NCBI GenBank assembly: GCA_002633005.1
Contig: NMRA01000031.1
Coordinates: forward strand, 1,234,750-1,298,749
Length of the DNA: 64,000 bases
Direction of reading: 5' to 3'
Source of the DNA: Phoronis australis
Taxonomy: Eukaryota; Animalia; Phoronida
Position numbers and translations under genes: made by a program
Shown here: positions 10,963 to 25,900 of the stretch, one piece after another
How the letters are laid out: each line of letters opens with the position of its first letter
Position numbering within the stretch: the stretch's first letter is position 1
Notes under the pieces: generated by a model
Database searches by the model: none
What the model was told of the DNA's origin: nothing
What the model saw: only the letters and a program-made list of their open reading frames with translations

Positions 10963-13900
10963 CTGTAGAAAAACAGTCATGTTAATTAAGAAATAGTAAA
11001 CTAACCTAAAAACTCAAATAATGACTTACAAACATTTTATAGCAAAGAATATATCTCCAGAGACCTGCAGCTTTACTAAACCAGAATAACTTCTATGTTG
11101 AAATAAACTTGCAATAGAGTCCTTTCATATTGATTCGTGGACGAGGCCAAATCACCCAAAAAGCGCGCGAGTCTGTGAAAGATGCAAACCAAACTTTTAT
11201 TAATTAAAACTTTTCCGTTTATTGTAGTTGTTTGTAGCTTAGGTAGAATGTAAACCTTTTCGGATTTTTTTAAAAGTGAAATTATTGTATGAAGTGATAA
11301 CTCTATTTTTCATATTTTTCATTACTACTCCTGACACTTCCTTAAGTGTGGTTTTATGTTCCAAATGTGCGAGTCATTCGAGATGACTTCAACTTCAGTA
11401 CGATGCAGATCTAGATCTAGATCAGCCATTTTTAGGCCTTTCAATTTTCAACGAATTTGACAATTTAAAACAGCTAGTCTTCTTTAGCGCTAAGATAGAT
11501 GTAAAAAAATGCTTATTTTCATAATTTATGGAAGCGGGGACATGCTTCTTAGGTCTTTATTAACTATAAAACAACATTTTTCCGTAAATAAATTGTATAA
11601 AAACAGATTTTGATTGCCGGTATTAGTCCGTTGTTTGAGAGAAAACCAATTTTTTTGACCAAGAGTAGAATCCCAGTATTAAATTTTGTCTAACGTACGA
11701 TACCCTGGTTTGCATCACTTACAAACATTTTGTAACCAAAATGTTACGGGGTCCTGTGACTGCAAGCCAGTTCCAGCTACATTGCCTGAGTGAAATGCTG
11801 TAGTTGATGATCTGACCAGTCTACAAAATCCACGCACATTTCCAGGTTGACATCTGCACCCAGACACACAATAAAAACCGTGTCCACCCATCCATTAGTC
11901 TAGGGAATTATATAGATATTCCTTCATACAAGCAGGTGCTCTCACCCGACTACATAGAACCAAAGCAAACAATTTCCCTTCAGTCGCATTCACAATGACT
12001 TGGGCACTCATGCAGACTCTTTGTGCTTCTGGGCAAGCCTACTAGGAATGTGAAAGGACTCTCTTAGAATTGGCTTCCAATTTCCACTTTTAAATTAAAA
12101 TTTCTTGCCATCTATGCCTTAGATCAGTACCAAAATGAAGTGTTATTTTGCAAGTCGAGTGCTTGTATGGCATGTTTTTGCTTAGAGATGCCAAATGTTA
12201 CAAGACCTCAGAGTTGGAAGTAAAATAAACAATAGTTTTTGTTTATAGCCACACACAAGTTAATGTACTTTTGAGGCACTTGTAAAACTGGGCGCAAAAC
12301 CCAGATTTTATTTGCTCCTATGACTCACTTGGCATTGACCACAATAGGGTCATCAGATTTGGCCCAGCGCCTGTCATCAGGGTCCATTCCACAGTACGTC
12401 ACAGCATTCACAGCGTAATGTCGACGGAAGAACAACCTACACAGCATAACAGACAGTAAGATGCGCATCTCAGCCCACACATAAGTGGAGGGTGTTCTGC
12501 GACAGGTATCTCAACCTTGGGATTGTTTTCTAGACTCTCACCCCTAGGAACATTATCAACATGGGAGCCCACTATAACATTCATCTTCTTAAATACTATG
12601 CTCAAGGGCATACTTAGTAACAGCTGGACACTAAATGTTTTTAGCCTGTAAGCAGCACACCCCGGTGTCGTCTCACGGTAACATATAGTTCACAGAAGAG
12701 CAAGAAAGCCTAGCAGTTTAAAAAGTTGCTATGAACAAGCTGGCATGTCACTTCTAGGGGTCCAAGATCTTGAGACAGACTTTTGTGGAATCGAGTTTAT
12801 GAAGTCACTTCACTCATTCAAAATCATTAAATTTGAAAAAATTCAAACATCAATTTAACTTATTTGACAATCAACACAGCATGCAGCAGTCTTTCATCAC
12901 TTTAATTCTAATTTAGACCACTGTACGTTATAAAATTAATCTCAAACTGTTCCAAAGACAAATTAAAGCAGATTTTTGGGATTGGAAAGAACTGATAATG
13001 CGTTATTGGTTGAGACCAGGCTCTACAGTTTGGCTTGTCACAGTGTGTCGTTTTATACGCCAAGGTTGGTCTTAAGTCAAGCCAAACCCAGAAACTACTT
13101 AATGTCTTTGTTAAAAACAAGTTGAGATCAGCTTTAACGAAGTAAGAGGAATAAATCATATGTCATCATCTTTGACAGAACACAGGTTGACAGAACATAG
13201 GTTGATAGAACACAGGTTGACAGGACACAGGTTGATAGGGCACAGGTTGATAGAACAAAGGTTGATAGGACACAAGTTGACAGAACACAGGTTGACAGAA
13301 CACAGGTTGACAGAACACAGGCTGACAGAACACAGGTTGATAGAACACAGGTTGACAGAACACAGATTGACAGGACACAGGTTGATAGGACACAGGTTGA
13401 CAGGACACAGGTTGACAGAACACAGGTTGATAGAACACAGGTTGATAGCTGCTTTAAATTATGATCGACTTACTAAAAGTGTACAAGGAACTGATGTCTG
13501 ATTCGTCAGACATTAAAGCCTATCTCAGTACTCGAAACTGATGTCTGATTGGCCGAAATTAAAAAAGTATATCTCAGTACTGGGAAATGATGTCCGATAA
13601 GTCAACATTAAAGTTTATTTTAGTACTAGAAACTGATGTTTGATTGGCTGACATTAAAGTCTATCTCAGTACTGGGAAATGATGTCCAATTGGTCGACAT
13701 TACAGTCTATCACAGTACTAGAAACTGATGCCCGATTGGACAACATTAAAGTCTATTTCAGAACTAGAAACTGATGTCCGATTGGTCGACATTAAAGTCT
13801 ATCTCAGTACTGGGGAACACACACACACACATGAATGCTAAACATTACAACAGATGTTTTAATAACAAGTGACTTCATCTTCAAGACAAGCTTCATAGTT

Positions 13901-16900
13901 GACTCAGTATCACTTACCGGCGGTTATTGTCAGTTAAAGTAATGCCTTGTGACGAAACTTTGAAGTGTACTACTGTGGACTTGGGTGGTGGCTCTGTATT
14001 GAATGTCTGACGAACTGCCTTAGCAATAGCCTGAGGACCAGTCAGGGATTCAGTGTCCACAGAGTTGATGAACAGTACGTTGCAAGCTAGAACAAATAAC
14101 AACTAGAGAAATACTGAAATGATATTTATGGATATTCTTAACAAAGTCAAACAAGGAAGACTATGAAGCTGTACATTGGTATAAACAGTTCAATTTAACA
14201 GCTAGCAATGGATTTTGCTGAAAATTTGCCTAGGTTGGAGATGGACTAAGACAAAACAGATATGACTTTGGTGATGATCGCAAGGAATAAGTGACTGAAC
14301 AAATGCAAAACAATGATATTACACTACAATAACAAACACATGGGGACAATATTGCAGAATAGGATTTTCATTAAACAAATGAATATGACGGTTAAATGTT
14401 TTTCCAAGTCTGTAAATGGTCCAGACTGAAGACTAGATCATGGCAAAAATTTCAATCCAAGACGAACATAATTGCTCATATATTGCTGTTTTTCCATTTT
14501 AGAAACCTAAGTACAGTGCTCCAAAATTCTGCTTAAGTTGAATGACGACAACAGCGAGAGCAAAACAATGTAACGAGAATATTCATTGTAACCAGGCGCC
14601 TAGAAACAAGAATATTTATAGTAAGCAGGTGCCTAGTAACAAGACAGTGATTGTGTGCAAATCTAGGTGGCTTTACCTGCCCCCTGGTGGAGTAGCTGAG
14701 CAGCTGAACTTGGCATCTCTGTGGTGAACTTGCTACCTTCCCGCACCATCCCGTCTGCTACATCTTGAAGAGCAGACGACAATTTAACAAACAACTGACA
14801 CAGCCACATGGATAACAATTGAGAATGCCTTTACATATCAGAGACTAAAGCCTGAATTTAATAAATAAATAAATTAACTAGGATGAATATTTAATTGCCA
14901 CAGTCACTTTTTAAGAGAATATAAAATTTGATTCAGGAACACCTTTTTAATATGGAATGTTCATTTTCACTTCTTAATTACCCTTTCTTTACAAAGTTGT
15001 CTCTATTAATACGTTGAACTGAAATTTGTTTTGAAATTCCTTAAGTTAAACTATCAAAGAATAGCTTAGACTCCCTCGGCAATGACTTATATCATGGCTC
15101 TCAGACAAAGACTGCCTCAATGATAAGAACAGTTTACAATAAGCTTTAGGTTTGCTTGAGGAAAACCAACATTAACACACAAAGCAAAAGCACTGAAAAC
15201 GTGAAAGAGAGAAAAATGACCATGAACTGATAAAAACAGTTGTACAGATAACAGATCACCATACTAGTAACAGAGTCATGTCACATTACTTACAAAGGTC
15301 TTATCACTGTTTGAACGTATCCTCCAAGACACAACGCAAATTGTCAGTTACATGAATTGATGACAAGAATGACCACATAGTTATGACCATACGGCAACAT
15401 TACAAGGGTACAAATAGCAGGAAGCAAGTAACAGTGAGATGGCGCTAGTTGTATCCTTCTACCAAGGCAAGTGCTTGAACAGCTTAATTACAAAAGCTTC
15501 ACCGACACTGTGAAACGTGTCAAGTGACATGTTACAGGCGTATGTTATAATCACACAAAAAGCGCCCAATGTACCTGTCCAGGGTGGGCTTGATTGAGCA
15601 ACCACTGCTTCGACTACAAAATCACCAGAAACAAGTTTATCCAGTGTACCAGTAACTTGGCTAGTTCTCAAATAGTGCACTCATCAAAGAGGAGTGTTTA
15701 ACGATATAGCACTATTTGTGATGCCAGCATCTGCACTGACCCAGACTCCTTGAGTCAAGCAAGGTAAGGAACTGATCAAAGTTTTCCTTAAAAGGGCTAT
15801 AAACCCACTATTGTCAAAAATAACTTGACTTAAGTCACTTAGAGTTATGATTTAGTCACTTAGTGTTACGAAACTGGCCTCAACTTGTTGCTTACTCAGA
15901 TGAGAAGAGATTTCTGAGCGTATGACAAACTGACAGTTCATTTTCGATTGAGATTATGCTCGGTTCATAAAATGACAGTTCGCGCCAAGCAATGACGTTG
16001 AATTAATCCGATTAACGATTAAGTTAAACAGTTTCATAACGATAAATGACATAAATCATATCTTACTTTATTGACAGAAAGCAGGTTACAGGACCTTCAA
16101 AACACTAACAAAACTCGTGTGGTGAATGATTGGACCAAAGATGTTATTCATATTTGGTCCCACTGTACCAGAACAGAATGTGAGCACAAGTATCACCTCA
16201 CCTGTTTCAGGTAAGACCAGTCTACATGGCAGGGCCAGGGGTGTGATGGAGTGTTGATAGACCAAGGCAGCCAGGCTACCTGTAATACAATTAGAACACA
16301 AGCGTTAATAACAGAGTGGCACATGTTCATTTTAATGCAGGTAAACTTTTACTATTGCACAATGAATTGTAATGCTGATATTAAAAATACATGCAGGGTC
16401 AGATGTGACATATCGTTTTCTTCTTGTCTCTCTATGCTTAAAAATGTTTAGTGGTCTTTGAAACAATTAAGGCAATCTTACAACGTGTTTACATCCTCTA
16501 CAAAGCGGAGCGCTGAATTCAGGATGTGGCTATCGAAGTGGCTATGTGTCAGGCTAATTGTATTAACAAGACCAATTACCAGTGGAAGAAGTGTACCCTC
16601 GTAGATAAGTCATTCAAAAAATTGCAGAATGTGTACAATTTAGTGAACAGGTTATGAAGAATTCAAATCTTCTCCCAATGTACTGAACCACAGTTACAAT
16701 CTTTTAGACCTTTTGATAATCACTTTGTTCTAATTAGGTCAATATCTTCAGTGCTTCTTATAGAGGTCACTTAATCAATCTGGTCTGACTACTCAGACTG
16801 GGGTCAAGGTTGGGGTTGATCAACAGTGACAGATCCCTTTAAGGTTATGCTGTAATCAACTCTAACATTTCAAAATACAACACATGTCAATCCACCAAGT

Positions 16901-19900
16901 ACATGTTTCTAAAAAGTGCTAAAGGAGAAGCTGATGGGAACAAAAGATTACCCGTGTTTTCCATGGAATTCAAAAAAATGAATTTAAAAAAGACTTTAAA
17001 GATATGTTCATGACAGCGGGTTGCCACTAACTACAAACGAGTTACAAATAAACCTATACAAAGGGAGTGAAAACAAATGTCCAATATTCCCCATAAAAGT
17101 GTCGTACTAGCATTATACAAAAAGAATTTTACTCTTGTAAGCCAGGTTGACAAAACAACACAACTTACATTTTTGTTGCCTTATAACATTAAAACTAAAC
17201 CTGCGACACTCAAATTACATATTTGTTGCCTTATAACATTAAAACTAAACCTGCGACACTCAAATTACATATTTGTTGCCTTATAACATTAAAACTAAAC
17301 CTGCGACACTCAAATTACATATTTGTTGCCTTATAACATTAAAACTAAACCTGCGACACTCAAATTACATTTTTGTTACCTTATAACATTAAAACTAAAC
17401 TTGTGACATTCAAATTACGTGTTTTTAGCATTTTAGCGAAGTAAATCTAATATTTTTCTGAATCTCATTCTCTGAAGATACACACAGCATTGTATTTTAC
17501 AAACTGAGAAATGATGAGGTCTGCGTCTCTGATACGTGCCCTTGGGGCAGAGTGTGAGTGCATATGAGACAATTAAAAACATGGGTATGGTAAGGGAAAT
17601 GCTACCATGATCATGGTAATGCACACACAGAGCTGTTTTAACAATAGATTGAAATGTTCTTTTTTCAAAGAATCACAAAAATGATAATTTTCTAGTACGA
17701 ATGTTCCGGTGTATCCTTAAAGACATTAGCGATGATAACACTCAGTATGGCTACGACCAGTTTCACAGGAAGGCCTTCATTCAGTCACGGAACAGTTATA
17801 ATGAATTGAACGCTGACAAATTGACTTACCAAACACTGGTTCATTACTACAGCCCTTGAGACGGACACCTTTAGGAGTTGGCTCAATCAAGAAATGACGA
17901 ACTAGTTCAGCTGACAAGTCACCTGAAATAATTACATAATGTGCATTGTAATTCTTTGTATGAATGCACAGGACATAAACATAAATTAAGTTACTTGAAA
18001 ATCAGTAGGTGGGTGTTGAACCAGGTTTAACAGAACGCAGGAATTTAAAAAGGCAATATTTGGAAATTGAGGAATAGGTTATTAATATAGAAAACAGTGG
18101 ATGATAACCTCAAAAGTAACAACATTATGTAGAGAAAAATACAACAAATTATGAGAGATTGAATAAAAACTTTTTCCTCCAATGTATTTTGTTGACTTTT
18201 GAAAAGAACAGAATTTGCCAAATTTCGGAAAAATGTTGTATATCCACGCAATTTGTCCAAACAAACATTGACCATTTTACGATTCATCTTGCCCACGACA
18301 ATATTTACAGAAAGGGGGAGACATGACATTTGCAGTGGATTGTGAACAGTTGTTCATTCCAAGCTGACAGAAGCCTTGGAATGAACAATAAGGGGTGTGA
18401 ATGTCAGACACCCCACAAATTCCAACTCAGGCAGGCGGATACATCAGAATTTACTGTGTGTAAAAAGGTCAATGCATAAGGGCAATAATCCATGAAATGT
18501 GAGTACTCAGCATATATCCAATAATCCGTCATCCCAGCCAAGAATATGGGGCTCTAAAAGGGTACAAGCACTAACGACAGTGGAGATACCTACCTCCTTT
18601 ACTTTGCACATTGGGCGGTAGCTGGGCCACTTTCACGGCCAATCCAAAAGCACCAGGGAATGAGCTACTGTCGCGCACAATGAAAGTGCCTGGTGCCTTG
18701 TCTTTCAACATGTTAATGGCTGTAACAACAACATGGCTGACATGACTGACAAAAGTCTCAAATGTGTCACTACTTTGATTGCAGTCCCCTTCAATGGTCA
18801 CATTAGATACTGGACATATGAGTTTACTTATGAAGAAACCCTTTTATCCTAAATCAAAGGAACAAACAGAGTGGTAGTTTGATAATGTAAATTTTTGCTC
18901 TTCAAGATGGCAGCACAAACAGCAGTTTACATTATAATGAAAACCGAACACAAGTAGTTCTTGTTTATTCCAGTTGTGTTCACACAGTCACTTTGACCCA
19001 TAAGTTGATCTGGAACATCCACCACTGACTCTCAAAGTGCAGCAAACTGATTTCAAGTTGTACAGCACAGCAGTGTCAATATGATCAGAAAAAAACTTGT
19101 GTTTACACCAACTAGAACTTGCACTAGAACAACTTGCATCTGATATAGTTTCTTAACAGCAGCTGGTGTCAACGAATTCAGACCCCTCCTTTTAAAATCT
19201 CAATACACCAACAGTAGAACTTATTCACTTGTCCACCATATTGCACCCTAAACTGGTGAGATTTTACTGTGACTAACTGAATGCATGCATTAGGAGACTA
19301 CTAGCGCCACCTGGTGTATCTCATATCACTCATTAGTGAAATGTGAACAAGGTACAAAATGTGGTTGGAAACTTACTGTCGTCTCTGGAGATGTTAGGCT
19401 TGTACCAATACTTAGAGTTATCCTTGACAAACTTGGGTGTATGATGAAGTGTCTCCATACCATCTGCAACAACACCAAGAGTGAATTTGAGTATCTGTAA
19501 ATATCCTTTATTCTAGAATCCATAGATACCTAACTACCTGAAACACAAGGCATTCTGTTCTTGTACACTTCACAGGGGTATGTGCATGCATGCATGTGTC
19601 ACAAAACAAGAACAACTTTTTCAAATTGTTTTCTTCCACTGGTTGTGAATTTCTCACAAAAAGATCACAGACTTGTCACATTCCATTAGAACTAATACTT
19701 ATATCACCGACAAAACAACTTAACAAAATTTTTAATTAGAAACACCTGGACGGATATCGGGCTTGATGAGAAGCCCCCCCCCACTTACAGTCCCTACTTA
19801 CATATGTACCCACAAAAGCAGACTCGCAGGTGAAAACTTACCTGACGCACCAGTAAGACTTACCTGAAGAGGAGAAGCTACCATGCCTCATCGTTCCCCA

Positions 19901-22900
19901 CACAGGTGACGTCTGACCGTGCATCATCGGAGGACTGGACAACATGCCAGGACTGAAATAACGAGACATACAGTGAAATATAGTCATAAGATTAACAGCA
20001 CAAGTCAAGCAGACGACACTGGATAGCAGACGTCTATGAATTTAGCCAAATACCTACAAAATGAAAGATTTTAACTCAGTAGAAGTATATATTTTCTGAA
20101 AGTATAAAGCCTGCAAAATTTGATTCTTGGCATTTTACCAATCTACCACTAACTGGGTAACATGACCATGTTTGTTTAGTAAAATTTAGCAAAAAAAGAT
20201 ATATTGTTCATAGCAAAACAATGATATCAATAACATGATCAAACTTTATTTGCTATAAATGTTCAAGATGAGATCTCGAAAACACTTATTCTAAAATATC
20301 ATTTCCTTCATTTTATACAACAATTTTTATGAAATTCATTAAAGTCCCAATTTTGGATAGCACCTCACCCAAAAGTGGAACATTTTAANTCGATAGAAAT
20401 AGATGTGAGGACCAGTGTATGTCTCAATCCATGTTTTCTCATGGTGACCTAAAAACATGCCAGCTAGTATGGGAGCCAAAGGTGAACCCATTGCTATACC
20501 ATCAATTTGGTTAAAAACCTCCCCATTAAATACAAAATGACACCGAAACATGTCAAGTTTTAAATCCGTTGTTGTTTTCGTGAACATATGCTGTTACTTG
20601 CTATCATGGAGAAATTCATTAAAGTCCCAATTTTGGATAGCACCTCACCCAAAAGTGGAACATTTTAAAAACAATTCCTAATATAGTTTTTGTGAACATT
20701 GCTTACAGCACAGAATCTGAAAATTTGGTATAAATCCAATCAGCCATTTCTGAGACATGATGTTGCGAAGTTTGCCAAGTTTGGAATTTTTCTAGGGTCT
20801 AACACGAACACATCAGCGCAAGTACTCGTATAGTTGGTTATTCACAATATGCGACAACGTCTTTCCAGATATTATTGAGCTTTTCAAGTGATCCATAAAA
20901 CTCATACAAACACAACCATGAGCAGAGATTTATCGGAAGATTTCAGTCAAATTTTGACTTCCCATCAGCAACTAACTGTAGAATACATATTAGAAACTGA
21001 CATAAGGTGAAAATTACGACGTGCTGAAGACATAAGTCATCCTCATCCACTGGATGAATGATAAATCTCGACAAAGAAAAAGGAACTGCCGTGCAAACAC
21101 CGTAAATACAAACAAGAGAGACTGCTCCTTCAATACCTGCTAGCAGACGATGGACTGGGCTGCATTCCACCTGCGGTCATGTGACCTGTGTCCACATGAA
21201 GCATGTTGGTCTGGTGTCCACCATGGCCACCCATGGTTCCATTCTGTCGGTCCATCTGCTGGCCTTGGTATTGTCTGCTGCTAGTGTGGTGTTCCTGGTG
21301 CATTTGTTGGAAATGGACTGGCTGCTGGTGTTGCTGCTGCTGCTGTTGTTGGTAGCTGTATTGGTGTTGCTGTGTGAACTGTTGTGGCTGCTGATGCATC
21401 TCACTCTGAACAAACTGCGGCTGTTGTTGATACCCACTGCTGGTCTGGAGAGTGTTGAACTGCGGCTGTTGTTGAAACCCGCTGCTACTTTGAAGAGTGT
21501 TGAACTGTGGCTTTTGTTGATAGCTACTATTCGTCTGCATGGTATTGAACTGCTGATGTTCACTATCAGGGACAGGAAACAACAGATAAACCGAAGCCAC
21601 CTACGGGCCTGAGGCTTCACAACAAGAGTTTGGATCACTATAAGAAGACTACATTATTCTTCAAACAAAAACAAGACAAGTTGAGTACATAATAGCTAAA
21701 AAATGTGACTCGGTTCCAACTCATATTAATTACCATGCATATACAATGTGACTTTTGCTTACTAACCAAATTTCTGAGCTAAGCAGAATCAGTTCTACGA
21801 AAAATATAGATGAGGAATGGTAGCCTTTTTTTATCATTTGTTTAGCAAACAATATTCTCAATTCCGCAAGCGGTGTGATATCTCAATCATATTCTCATTT
21901 TTGTTCTTTCTTCGCTGTTATTTTTGCCTGGCTGCCATCTATGTTTTCACAATAGGATTGCCAAAGCTGGATAAACTACTATGAAATTCATGAACCTTTC
22001 TGAAAATTACTGTTTTGAACAAGAAATAACCACTTCAAGTGGGACAGACAACTTACATTTTACTATGCTGCTGTTGCTGTAGCTGCTGCTGTTGTTGCAA
22101 TTGCTGCTGCTGTTGCAGCTGCTGTTGTTGCAGCTGCTGCTGCTGCAGTGCAGGGTTGAAGCCCTGTAGTCCTTCCGGTTGTCCGTCCTGGTACTGAAAC
22201 TGTTCAACTCTGCGTACCTCCGACTTGGTCACCACCTGACCATCTCCTGCAGGGAGAACACATGACCACTTGATGAGGGTCACAACATTCCCACCTACAG
22301 GTGTGGTACACTACTTATTGGGTATACCGGGATGGGCTCCTGAAGGGGGGGGGCACCTTATCAATGAAAACCATCAGCTGAAGTCCATTCCTTGCTTAAT
22401 AAAAGCCCAATGGTAAGTTTGAAATTTCATACGAACTCTTAACGAAAGAAATGAGGGATCAGCTGATGAGAAATTTGAGATAAGGTAAATGTTTTCCTGT
22501 GGCATGCTCCCTGTAAACTGGAGTCAGGTTCTGCTCTCCTGGTAACCATGGCCACAGTCATACTCGACTAGCCCCAGTTATGAAGCTTTGTACCAGTCCA
22601 GCCATGCCAATTACAAACTGCTGATGGCTTCAAATATACACAAAGGTCCAGCAAAGCATTTGACGGGAAACCACATTCTAAGCAAAGTACACAACGTTTA
22701 AATGAATGATCCAAGTTAGTAAGTACCAAACCAAACAAGGAAATCTAGGCAGCAAAATAGCTATAATGACAAAGGAAGGGTTTAAAATGAACAGTGACAG
22801 AAACATAGGCACTTGGTCCAAACTGTGCATCATGCTTTATGCATTCAAAACAAAATTCTCAAACTTCAAAGCTGGCATGGCGAGATTTTTAAGTATATTT

Positions 22901-25900
22901 GGCCACGGTGCTTTTAGTCGAAATATGAAACAACCAACCAAAACTCTTATGTTTTACGTATTTGGGGTAACCAGTAGTCATTACATGCAAGCTTCACGAC
23001 TAACTGAAAACCTGACCCACAAAAAAATCCACCACACCACACAGACTGAAGTGACCTGTATCAGTAGGGCACAGAGTCAAGTCAACAGGGCTCATACCCC
23101 CTTAAAATAGAAATCTAACCATATGTCAAAATTGTCATTTTTGATAACAGATCTGTACATCTTCACACAAAATAGATTTTCTTGACGGTGTGATAGATAA
23201 TCAAACTTAAACTGACATAATCAGGATTCAGTATATCCTAAAGCTTGGGAAATGACCAATACACTGGAAAATATTGCGCGAGCACAAACACAGCATGAGG
23301 CACAGCCATGCGACTAAGGCACATACAGTGAGCGGATCAGTGAAGATAACGATAAATGCAAGCTACCTTGAGTAGTCCAGCTAGTGTTGTGACCCGTCAC
23401 ACTACCGCCGTGAGAGTTAGTTTGGGCTGCGGTGTAACCAGGGCTACTGCTAGCATTCACACCAAAGTTCATCTCGTCCATCTTATACTTCTGCAATGCG
23501 GTTGGTCTTTCCAGAGTGGCTGTTGCAGACCCGTGTCTCACTTGAGTGCCTGTGTTGAATGTATTGTGCCTGCTCGCACTGGATTGATTGGTCAGTTCAT
23601 AACTTGTCACCTGTGCACTACTGGACTGTCCGTACGCCTTGTTACCATGACTAAATGTATTGAACCCAGCTGTACCCTGTGAAGCGTTTGACTGACCGCT
23701 TAGGTCATGACTTGTTTGCTGTCCACTAGCGGACTGCCCATAGACCTGATGACCACGGTTGTATGTGTTAAGGCCAGCTCCACCCTGTGACATAGCAGAC
23801 TGACCACTCCGCTCATAACTTGTCTGTTGTGCAGTGGTGGACTGCCCGTATGTTTGGTTGGCATGGCTGAATGTATTAAATCCAGATGTAGCCAAGGACA
23901 TATCACTGGCCACACTAAGTTGAGATGGACTATGCCGGCCAGTCGTGAACTGTCCTTGTCCAGAGTGTCCAGAGTGACCAGAGGAGTGGCTAGACTGACC
24001 AGACATCATGGTCATGGTGTTGGCACCAGAGTTTGTCACATAATCCATACGAGGAGTTGTGTGCAACGCTTGTTGATAAGATGCCCCTGTCGGAATCACC
24101 GGAGGCTTGGCTGCCTGTCCGTTCTGGTGCAGGGAGGCCTGCACAGTGGTGCTGTTCATGCTATGCGTGAACTGTGATTGGCTGTCCGTGTTGGCCAGGC
24201 CTGTTGTGAACACTGAATCGGCGTGAGAACCAATGGAAGAAGCGTTACTGTTTAGTCTACCTCGCCAGCTGCCAGCTAAGTAAGCAGAAAACAAGACATG
24301 CTAGGCACAAGCAGCACCAGTCACCGGGTGAGGACAACATTGGGACTACCTCAGCCAAAGATGAGACATCTACAGGGACACAAGATGTGTGTCATTCGGC
24401 AACAGGAATGTGTCTTTTTGGAAACAGAGACATGTCACTGATAGTAGGGACTTGTCACCAAATAACAGGGACCTGTTAAATGATATGATTGACATAGCAC
24501 CCGATAATGGGGACATATCATTCGATGTTATGGACAATCCACATTTTATCAATATCAAGGACACATCCCGTGATATCACAGTTATGTAATATGACAACAC
24601 GGACATGTCCCTTCATGTCAGGGATGTGCATTCTTACAATACAGACATGTCATCCAGAATCAGGGACATGTCTCTGATATCAGGAATGAGTGGGGGCTCT
24701 TCCACCTGTCCAGTTGTCATGGCATTTAATGCAAAGCAACAACACATTCATCAACTATTTTGCATAAATAACATTAACAACAAAAACATGTAATATTACA
24801 ACACTAGCAACAGAGACTCCACAGTAACTCAGAACTATGTGAAAATAGTCTTCAACCCACGCCAGACAACATGACTATCATTTTTGTCATTCTAAATAAT
24901 GATACCTCTGATAAGCTCTATCTATACTTTCTGATGTTTTGTTGATGACTTTGTAAACACTATTATCAAGAAATCCTACAGGGCTATAAAGAGACCAGTT
25001 TCACAAAAAAAACAGGATCTGTTCCTTAATGCCACAACTAAGAGGGGACAGCTTCAACTAATAACATCAAGCAGACAGTACAGGGGTGTCACAAAACAGA
25101 CGACAAACATCAACAAAAATGGGAAAGGGATAGGTTACCAAGACGAAAAGATCAACATTTGTGCTTATCATTGAACACCAGTTTGGGATTTCGAACCTCA
25201 TGTTGTATGAGGGAGTTGAACACTTAGAACATATGCTGACACAAAATTAAAAACTATACGATTACTAAAATAGTCATATGTGCCATTTCATGGGCACCTT
25301 GTCTAATTAAGTATAACGAAACAAGGCCACAAAAAGAAAGAAAATCAAAATCTTTAAGTTTCAATAGTGGTAATTAGGGAATGGTGCCTAGTGAGGCCAG
25401 GGTAATAAGCACACCTGATAAGACAAGGTCATAGTTTCTAGCTGACCAGTTGGCGGCAGAGAACATGAAGAAAAATCTGATGTGAAGTTACGCTACAGTA
25501 TGTCTGGCAACAAAATTCAGCATCATAAAACGAATGATGGCAGTTTGGCATATAGAGCTCTAGAAATGTTTTGATCTAAAAGTAATACGACAATCAGTCA
25601 AGATTTAGGTTGATCAAAATGTGGTTACATACCTTGGTTGATATATGGAGTCACGGGGCTGACAGGGAAAGGGGGTGTGGCTGTAAGAAAGGACTGATTG
25701 ACAGGTGACATAATAACACACAAAACTGTAGACAGGCAAATGAATATAACTTAAATAGAAATCAAACAATCAAAACAGAAAACGCTTCTAACTAATGTCA
25801 ACAAACTTCAGTGTTGGGCAACAGTGTTGGAGAAGTGAAAAACGGACACCACGTCACTGTCCCTAATAGACAATAAGGTAATCACAGGTAATTACAGGTA

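Noticed and set aside
13160-13501. ORFs with TEHRL or QPVFC repeats
   Set aside because: Translation of a 15-bp intronic minisatellite
13488-17418. CRISPR-like look of the 46- and 50-bp repeats (also the 73-bp array at 55516)
   Set aside because: Head-to-tail units without unique spacers, no cas genes, eukaryotic intron context
21181-21612. Leu-rich membrane-like ORF on the + strand
   Set aside because: Antisense reading of the tensin CAG-rich exon
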